Source: a virus (lineage: Duplodnaviria > Caudoviricetes). Taken from it: a stretch of DNA of 64,000 nt. Below the pieces are notes generated by a model. That model was not told the DNA's origin. It worked only from the letters and a program-made list of their open reading frames with translations, and searched no databases. Below, piece by piece: positions 57,509 through 64,000 of the stretch; position 1 is the first letter of the stretch; each line of letters begins with the position of its first letter. The stretch lies in IMG/VR virus record IMGVR_UViG_3300020177_000966, one strand, 5' to 3'. Both the position numbers and the translations under genes were made by a program.

Positions 57509-58339
57509 TTACTTTGATGCATCATTTTTTGATCTTTCTAAGTTTCTCTCCCATTCGCCTTGTGATTGTCTAGTATACGATGGACTCATATCATTCATTT
57601 CAAGAATATCGTCTCGAATGTTTTGATTGCGCTTTTCAATGTTGATAACACGTACAAATGAGTTAGTTACTGCGGCTGTATAGTAGGCAAATGGATTGTT
57701 TGATTTTGACTCATCAAACTGTAAGCCAATCTGTGCTAATTGCAAGATAGCTTGTCCACGCATTTCGTCGTTATAGGTATATCCGCGCACATTACCACGA
57801 GTAGCATAACGATCACATAATTTCATCCACATTAATGCTAGTTTATTTGTTGCTTTACCGCTATCTTTATCAAAGTAACCATTTTCCATTCCGCCAACCC
57901 AGTGACTTTTTCCTACACAAACTAGTTCGTCATTTTCGTTAAATTTGTAATGTTGGAACGGAGGAAAGTTAAGTTTAACTTTAGTGTCTGCTACAGTTTT
58001 AGGATTCTTTTTACGACCTGGTTCTTCTGGAACATGATCAAATGTCATAATTCGAAACACTAAATCTTCTTTCTTTATCTTTTTATAATCGATTTCAAAT
58101 TCAGCTAGTTTTCTTTTTTGTCCAGCTTCTTTAGCTTTTTCAAAATTTTCTTGTTGTAGTCTTTTTGCTTGTGCTCTTTTAGCTTCGGCAATAGTACGAA
58201 TATTAATCTTATCTACACTAGGTAAAATAACATCATATTGAGAGTATTCGGGTGCAGTAAAACTACAGAATGTACTCTTTGATTTGTGTATTTCTTTTAA
58301 AATATCTTTATTGTTGAGGTAATTTACTCTTTTATTCAT
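57509..58339 (-). CDS. gp55: Late-transcription sigma factor, T4 gp55-like (276 aa)
   Basis: NYLNNKD, YTYNDEM, FDESKSNNPFAYYT..V.NSF.R.I..EK. Confidence 0.88.
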   Translation of the reverse strand: MNKRVNYLNNKDILKEIHKSKSTFCSFTAPEYSQYDVILPSVDKINIRTIAEAKRAQAKRLQQENFEKAKEAGQKRKLAEFEIDYKKIKKEDLVFRIMTFDHVPEEPGRKKNPKTVADTKVKLNFPPFQHYKFNENDELVCVGKSHWVGGMENGYFDKDSGKATNKLALMWMKLCDRYATRGNVRGYTYNDEMRGQAILQLAQIGLQFDESKSNNPFAYYTAAVTNSFVRVINIEKRNQNIRDDILEMNDMSPSYTRQSQGEWERNLERSKNDASK

Positions 58340-58392
58340 GAACTCTCCTGATTGTTAGTCATATTATAAACTATGTACATAACTTTGTCAAC

Positions 58393-58398
58393 TAAATA
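58393..58398 (+). promoter_or_regulatory. Late promoter (CTAAATA) of the baseplate operon
   Basis: Followed by an AGGAG RBS and the start at 58421. Confidence 0.6.
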
Positions 58399-58420
58399 AT
58401 GCATATAGGAGACAATTAAT

Positions 58421-59338
58421 ATGGCAACATTTTTCAAAGACGGCATCATATCTAAAGACGGTAAAAACATGGGTGTCAATGTACCTCCAACAGGAACAAA
58501 TGCTCCAGGACAAAATCCATTTACTGGTAGTATTCCTACATCAATCAATGGATTCGTAGGCCAAGTCCGTGATATTGGACAACAATTATTCAGCGGCAGC
58601 CTAGGAAGTTCTTTAAATTTCATGAGTGCTTTACGTTCTAAAAATATTCCAACTTCTACCCTTGGTAATGCTGCCGGCAATTTAGGCGGCCAAGCATCGT
58701 TTACTACAGGTGGAAATGTTGAAGAAAAAGACTGGAGAGTTTCGTTATCGTTACCAAATACTCCAAGTGCTTTTTCTAAGTCTCCAATGTTTCAATTATT
58801 AAGATCTACTAAAAATAGTATGGTCTTTCCGTTTACGCCAACAATACTTTTGCAACATAGTGCAAACTATAGTAATGTTGAACCTGTACATACTAATTAT
58901 CCCGCTTATGCATATAGAAATTCAAGTGTGAACGAGATTGTTGTAACCGGACAATTTTATGTACAAAATGAATTAGAAGCACAGTACTGGATGGCGTGTT
59001 TGCATTATTTAAGATCAGTAACAAAAATGGATTACGGTACATTTGCAGAAACCGGCGGCCCACCTCCAATTGTAAAACTAAACGGATACGGAGACTATGT
59101 CTTTAATAATGTTCCAGTAGTTATTACAACATTTTCTGTTGATATGCCTCCTGAAGTAGATTACATTGCAACAGGATTAAAAGGCCAATCATTAAGCGCC
59201 GCCCAAGAAATAAGCTGGGCGCCAGCAGAATCACAGTTTAGTGTGTCATGCCAACCAATTTACAGCAGACAAAAACAAACACAATTTAATTATAATATGT
59301 TCGTTGGCGGCCACGATATCGGAAGAGGATATATTTAA
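58421..59338 (+). CDS. Tail-tube initiator / baseplate-tube cap, gp48/gp54-like (305 aa)
   Basis: FPFTPTI, ANYS, GGPPPIVKLNGYG..FNNVPVVIT tube-fold motifs. Confidence 0.75.
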   Translation: MATFFKDGIISKDGKNMGVNVPPTGTNAPGQNPFTGSIPTSINGFVGQVRDIGQQLFSGSLGSSLNFMSALRSKNIPTSTLGNAAGNLGGQASFTTGGNVEEKDWRVSLSLPNTPSAFSKSPMFQLLRSTKNSMVFPFTPTILLQHSANYSNVEPVHTNYPAYAYRNSSVNEIVVTGQFYVQNELEAQYWMACLHYLRSVTKMDYGTFAETGGPPPIVKLNGYGDYVFNNVPVVITTFSVDMPPEVDYIATGLKGQSLSAAQEISWAPAESQFSVSCQPIYSRQKQTQFNYNMFVGGHDIGRGYI

Positions 59339-59628
59339 TGGCAAACCATCCATATCAAGATACTCCAATTGGTCCTGACGGAACACTTGGAATTTGGAAT
59401 ATCAGACCTGTTCCTGCATACACAGACGATGTATTGTATACAGTTGAACCTCAATATAACAACCGCCCAGATTTATTAGCACATGATCTATACGGAGATT
59501 ATTCGTTATGGTGGATTTTTACACAACGTAATCTAAATGTCCTCGAAGATCCAATTTATGATTTAAAAGCCGGTGTACAAATATATCTACCATCACCGCA
59601 ACACGTTAAAGAAACATTAGGAGCATAA
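59338..59628 (+). CDS. Baseplate wedge protein, gp53/LysM-like (96 aa)
   Basis: RPDLLAHDLYGDYSLWWIF..RN..ED.IYDLKAG..IYLP. Confidence 0.8.
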   Translation: MANHPYQDTPIGPDGTLGIWNIRPVPAYTDDVLYTVEPQYNNRPDLLAHDLYGDYSLWWIFTQRNLNVLEDPIYDLKAGVQIYLPSPQHVKETLGA

Positions 59629-59631
59629 ACA

Positions 59632-62600
59632 ATGCCATATACTTTTCCGTCAGGACAGCCAATAAAAACAGGACCAAACGGAGAGTTACTAGGTGGAGTA
59701 TATACACCACCAGGACAAGAATCACTTGCTCCACAAGTAGAAGGCGATCCAGAACAAGCTAAAGAAATTGCTAACATGTTAGGTATGCCTGGCTTAGCTA
59801 ATCTAATTGATCAATATCAAAGTGTAGGACAAACTAGTTCTAACGTAACTGCACTTCCTGAAGGAATTTCACAACCTCGGCAAATTGCTGCCTCTATAGG
59901 AGATGCAGTTAATATGCATGCACTAGATGATTTAGGCGACGGATTACCAACTGATCCTTCAGCAGTAATAGGAACAGTAAAAAATATTGCAAAGAGTAAA
60001 GCACTCGGTGCCATATTTGGTAGCGGACTTTACAGTTCGCATAGTTTACCTATGACAAATGAATTAGAGCAGTTTGCATCTATGAATTGTATTTTTGGTT
60101 TAGGTTGCATCAGTCCACAAGAATTAAATTTTCCTGACAAAACATATAGACGATCTGGAATCGTAAACAATGGACAGGTAGTATTAAAGTCTGGAAAAAC
60201 ACCTTTAGGAAAACCACAAACATATGCTGAAAAATATCATAAAGTAAACGGCGCCTATTATATTGACGAAGTTAATATCGACACTACAGTCGCTCCAAAT
60301 CCAAGAAGTAGATCGACTAATTTTTATGGGTTATCATTCCAAGTATATGAACCATACAGTATGGGACAGTTTTTACAAACATTGCAATTAGCCGCAAAAA
60401 ATGCAGGATACGCTAATTATCTAGAAGCTCCTTATTTGCTAACACTTGATTTTGTAGGATGGGACAACGATGGAAATCAAGTTAGTCCCAGTAAACCGAT
60501 AAGAAGAATGTTCCCTTTAAAACTTGTAACTTGTAATTTTACTGTTAACGGCGAAGGCAGCAAATATGACATTACATGTTCAGTTTTTAACGATGATGCA
60601 TTTTTAGATGCCAATCAAAGTATTCCTGTTAATATGACAGTATCAGGATCAACCTTGCAAGAAATATGTCAAACAGGATTAAACAGTATTGCTACCCATT
60701 GGAATACACATCTTCTTAATAGAAGAAATGAAACTAGAGAAAAAACTGAAGTTGACGAATATATTATTGCCTTTCCAGGCGACGGCAGTAGCGCAAGACT
60801 AGACTCTTTAATTTCAAGCGGAAGACTAATTGCTGGTGCCGCAACCACCGGCGAATTAGAGAGGATAGAATTTGACGATGATGCAATTAATGAAGCAATT
60901 GCAACTATTGACTCAGAAGCATCTGCCGCAGGTTACCAGCAAGATAATTCAGATTTTGGTGCTAGGATCATTGAACAACAACGAGCGTTTGTTGACGATA
61001 GATTAGGATTTTCAGTAAGACGAGGCAGATTAAGTGAAAGTATTAAAGCAACAGTTGCTGGTCGTGATGTCTCACCTAATAGAATTGGATTTGCACCTAT
61101 TTTGACAACAGGTCCACTAGGTTCGGGAAGAGCACCGTTTGGTATTGCAAACTTTGCATGGGACCCAGAGTCCGGATTATTAAAACGAGGCAGTGTAACT
61201 ATTGATCCTAAACTTAGAACTATTACATTTAGAGCAGGTACAAAATTACAAAAAATACTAGAGGAACTTGTCCTTTTAAGCGAATTTGGAAAATCAGTGT
61301 CACGGCAACTTAATCGTCCTGACGGAATGATTGATTGGTTTAAAATAGAAGCTCAAGTATATCTAGTTAATGATTCTGCTGCCGAACGAGTAATGGGAAG
61401 AATGCCTAGAATTTATTTGTATAGAGTTGTTCCATATCAGGTTCACCGAAGTGCATTTCAAATGCCAAATGATGTACCTCCTGGATACGATAAACTTTAT
61501 GCTCAAGCACCTAAAGTATATAATTATATGTTTACAGGTCAAAATACTGACGTACTAAATTTTGATATCAAATTTGATAATGCATTTTATGAGTCAATTT
61601 CACTTGATAGAGGTAATAGAAGTGGATCAAATCAACCAAGCGAACAATCTAATACATCTACACCACCAAATCTTGCATTGCAAGGAAATTCAAGAACACC
61701 ACAAGGTGATGGTACTACAGTAGTTGAAGAACCTCAAAACATGAACACTACTACTGGCGGCGCAACAGTTGAAGACCCGCAATTAAGATTAGCACGATCA
61801 TTTAACGAAGCAATAGTAAACAGTGGCGGCGATTTGATATCTATTGAATTAGAGGTTTTAGGAGATCCTTTCTATATTGCAGATAGCGGAACCGGTAACT
61901 ATAATTCGACAGCATCACCAAATTTTAATGTTAACAGTGATGGAACCATGAATTACCAAAACGGTGAAGTAGATATCATAATTAACTTTAGAACACCAAT
62001 TGATTTAGATCCTGACAATGGCGGATATTTAATGGACGGTGCATCAATTGGATTACAAGATTATAGTGGATTATATAAAATTATTGAAGTAACAAATAGA
62101 TTTAGCGGTAATGTGTTTACACAAACTATTCAAGCAGTTCGAAGAAGAAATCAACAAAATTCAAAATCTGGAGCACAAGTAACTGATCCAATGTTAGAAG
62201 AAGAAAAGCGTCATGAATTAAGAATTGCAGAGGCAGAACTCAACGGAACTCCGGAAGAAGTTGCATTTGCTAGAGCAGACGTTAACGGCGACGGAGTACT
62301 CCAATATTGGGAAGTTCCTAACTTAGACGAAGCTACTAGGATTACTACTGCTAGAAATGAAAATAGACGACCTGCTAATAATCCAACAGCAGGTACTACA
62401 CCGTCAGGATCTAATAATCCAACAGCAGGTAGCACAGCAGGTACTACACCTACAACAACGACCACAACCGGCGACGGTACTACTAGCACTACAGATCAAC
62501 CAGCATCGCCTCCTCCTCCAGTTACAGTACAACCTGGAGTCTTTAGTCCACTTGATGTTTATTTTGATTATTCTTCTAATTCTAGAACTTCAAATTCGCC

Positions 62601-62718
62601 TGCCAATAGTCAAGGAGTAGATGCTTCGCCAACACAGAGTAGCGAAACAACAGTTCCAGAACGTAATATAAATGTAAATGATGTTGATCAATCAGGAAGA
62701 ATTAGAGGCGGTTTATAA
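59632..62718 (+). CDS. Baseplate hub protein, gp27/contractile-system hub-like (1028 aa)
   Basis: Lies between the gp53-like and gp5-like genes. IELEVLGDPFYI...INFRTP.D...YSGLYKIIEVTNRFSGNVFTQTI; P/T/S-rich C-terminal tail. Confidence 0.7.
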   Translation: MPYTFPSGQPIKTGPNGELLGGVYTPPGQESLAPQVEGDPEQAKEIANMLGMPGLANLIDQYQSVGQTSSNVTALPEGISQPRQIAASIGDAVNMHALDDLGDGLPTDPSAVIGTVKNIAKSKALGAIFGSGLYSSHSLPMTNELEQFASMNCIFGLGCISPQELNFPDKTYRRSGIVNNGQVVLKSGKTPLGKPQTYAEKYHKVNGAYYIDEVNIDTTVAPNPRSRSTNFYGLSFQVYEPYSMGQFLQTLQLAAKNAGYANYLEAPYLLTLDFVGWDNDGNQVSPSKPIRRMFPLKLVTCNFTVNGEGSKYDITCSVFNDDAFLDANQSIPVNMTVSGSTLQEICQTGLNSIATHWNTHLLNRRNETREKTEVDEYIIAFPGDGSSARLDSLISSGRLIAGAATTGELERIEFDDDAINEAIATIDSEASAAGYQQDNSDFGARIIEQQRAFVDDRLGFSVRRGRLSESIKATVAGRDVSPNRIGFAPILTTGPLGSGRAPFGIANFAWDPESGLLKRGSVTIDPKLRTITFRAGTKLQKILEELVLLSEFGKSVSRQLNRPDGMIDWFKIEAQVYLVNDSAAERVMGRMPRIYLYRVVPYQVHRSAFQMPNDVPPGYDKLYAQAPKVYNYMFTGQNTDVLNFDIKFDNAFYESISLDRGNRSGSNQPSEQSNTSTPPNLALQGNSRTPQGDGTTVVEEPQNMNTTTGGATVEDPQLRLARSFNEAIVNSGGDLISIELEVLGDPFYIADSGTGNYNSTASPNFNVNSDGTMNYQNGEVDIIINFRTPIDLDPDNGGYLMDGASIGLQDYSGLYKIIEVTNRFSGNVFTQTIQAVRRRNQQNSKSGAQVTDPMLEEEKRHELRIAEAELNGTPEEVAFARADVNGDGVLQYWEVPNLDEATRITTARNENRRPANNPTAGTTPSGSNNPTAGSTAGTTPTTTTTTGDGTTSTTDQPASPPPPVTVQPGVFSPLDVYFDYSSNSRTSNSPANSQGVDASPTQSSETTVPERNINVNDVDQSGRIRGGL

Positions 62719-64000
62719 TGACTAATAAACATAGACGAACGAGCGGCGCACCACCTAGAGCAATGCCGCCAGGCCCATTTTTAGCCAAAGTAATTAGTCA
62801 TCTTGATCCTAAAAGAAGTGGAGCATTACAAGTACAACTACTTACAAATACAACTTCGGGGCAAGATGCCGATAACGAATCAGGGCAACTTTATACCGTA
62901 GATTATTGTATGCCGTTTTATGGAGTAAATGATGTTACTAGTAACAGGCGCAATGACACTTATTACAGTACTCAACAAAGTTACGGATTCTGGGCAGTTC
63001 CACCTGATCCAGGTACTAAAGTCTTAGTTATCTTTGCAGAAGGACAATCTAATCAAGGATATTGGATTGGATGTGTACAAGACCCATATATGAATTATAT
63101 GGTTCCAAGTGGAACTCCTACAACTAAGTCAGACAAAGTTGTTCAAGCTAATTTAACAGACGAATTTAAAAACAGACCGTTACCGACAGGTGAGTATAAT
63201 AAAGCAATTCACGGCAATCAAGGAAATGATCCTGAACAATTTTTAAAACCACACAATCCAATGATGTTAGAAGTGTTGTCAAGGCAAGGTCTTGTTGATG
63301 ATATAGCTAGAGGATTAACGTCCTCTACAGCACGTCGAGAAGTTCCTAGTATGGTATTTGGAATTAACACCCCAGGACCTTTAGACAAAAGAGATGGCGC
63401 ACCTAAAGGCCGATACGGACCATCAGGGGAACAGATTGAGTATTTCCGCAGTAGATTAGGCGGAAGTAGTATTGTAATGGATGATGGTGATCCTACAGTT
63501 TTACGTGCTGGATTTGCAAAATCAGTTGGAGCAACGTATTATGATATTAATGCTGTTCCAGAAAATGTTTCTCAAGCAAACCAAACTTTACCGTACAATG
63601 AACATATTAGATTAAGAACTAGAACCGGTCATCAGATATTATTACATAATACAGAAGATCTAATTTATATTGCTAATGCTCAAGGCAGTGCATGGATAGA
63701 ACTAACTGCAAACGGAAAAATTGATGTTTATGCAGATGATAGTATTAGCTTACGTACTGCCAATGATGTAAACATACATGCAGATAGAGATATCAACATG
63801 AAAGCAATGCGAGATGTAAACATTACTGCTGGTAGAGACTGGAAAACAACCGCAGGCAATCATTTTGATCTTAAAGCAGGAACAAATGGAAAAATAGATA
63901 TTGGTGCAAACTTTGACCTCTATGTTGGTGCAACATCTAAAATATTTGTTGGTGCAGACGGACACATTAATGTGGCAGGGGCACACAGCATTACAAGTCA
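62718..64000 (+). CDS. gp5: Baseplate central spike, gp5/VgrG-like; truncated by the window end
   Basis: TAATG overlap with the upstream gene. MTNKHRR...GPFLAKVISHLDP, FWAVPPDPGTKVLVIF..G...GYWIG OB-fold, IRLRTRTGHQILLH, beta-helix repeats. Frame open to 64000. Confidence 0.8.
   Translation, partial: MTNKHRRTSGAPPRAMPPGPFLAKVISHLDPKRSGALQVQLLTNTTSGQDADNESGQLYTVDYCMPFYGVNDVTSNRRNDTYYSTQQSYGFWAVPPDPGTKVLVIFAEGQSNQGYWIGCVQDPYMNYMVPSGTPTTKSDKVVQANLTDEFKNRPLPTGEYNKAIHGNQGNDPEQFLKPHNPMMLEVLSRQGLVDDIARGLTSSTARREVPSMVFGINTPGPLDKRDGAPKGRYGPSGEQIEYFRSRLGGSSIVMDDGDPTVLRAGFAKSVGATYYDINAVPENVSQANQTLPYNEHIRLRTRTGHQILLHNTEDLIYIANAQGSAWIELTANGKIDVYADDSISLRTANDVNIHADRDINMKAMRDVNITAGRDWKTTAGNHFDLKAGTNGKIDIGANFDLYVGATSKIFVGADGHINVAGAHSITS

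Noticed and set aside
1-64000. CRISPR array, tRNA genes, transposase, intein
   Set aside because: No spaced identical repeats with unique spacers and no cloverleaf found by eye; gp20, gp46 and gp47 have normal lengths and no intein motifs.

Overview
This is a 64-kb, AT-rich segment of a large T4-related myophage (Caudoviricetes), probably of jumbo-phage scale and aquatic; the host cannot be determined from this window. It uses the standard genetic code. Left to right: (i) a minus-strand block of fibre/appendage virion genes (1-5688); (ii) an 11-gene, translationally coupled tailoring-enzyme operon (5744-15353) with a GmhB-like phosphatase, an SGNH-like protein, a flavin-dependent halogenase, five Fe/2OG-type oxygenases, a carbamoyltransferase and a GT9-like glycosyltransferase; (iii) a fibre-assembly chaperone and three ~10% Cys paralogues; (iv) four giant modular virion proteins (1238-1745 aa) plus small adaptor-like proteins; (v) the head module (gp23, gp22, gp21, acidic core protein, gp20) and a tape-measure-like gene; (vi) a divergent gp26-like gene with a clear -1 frameshift signal; (vii) a ~480-nt highly structured non-coding region directly downstream of a stand-alone GIY-YIG gene, followed by gp46, gp47 and the late sigma factor gp55; (viii) a plus-strand baseplate operon that runs off the right end. 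T4-type late promoters (NTAAATA) precede most operons. I found no tRNA, rRNA, CRISPR array, intron, intein or transposase. The best leads are a late-expressed virion-modification system (halogenation, hydroxylation, carbamoylation, glycosylation) next to Cys-rich fibre proteins, the GIY-YIG plus large structured RNA pair, the pseudoknot-type frameshift, and two structured mRNA leaders. Family assignments come from motif recognition only; no database searches were run.
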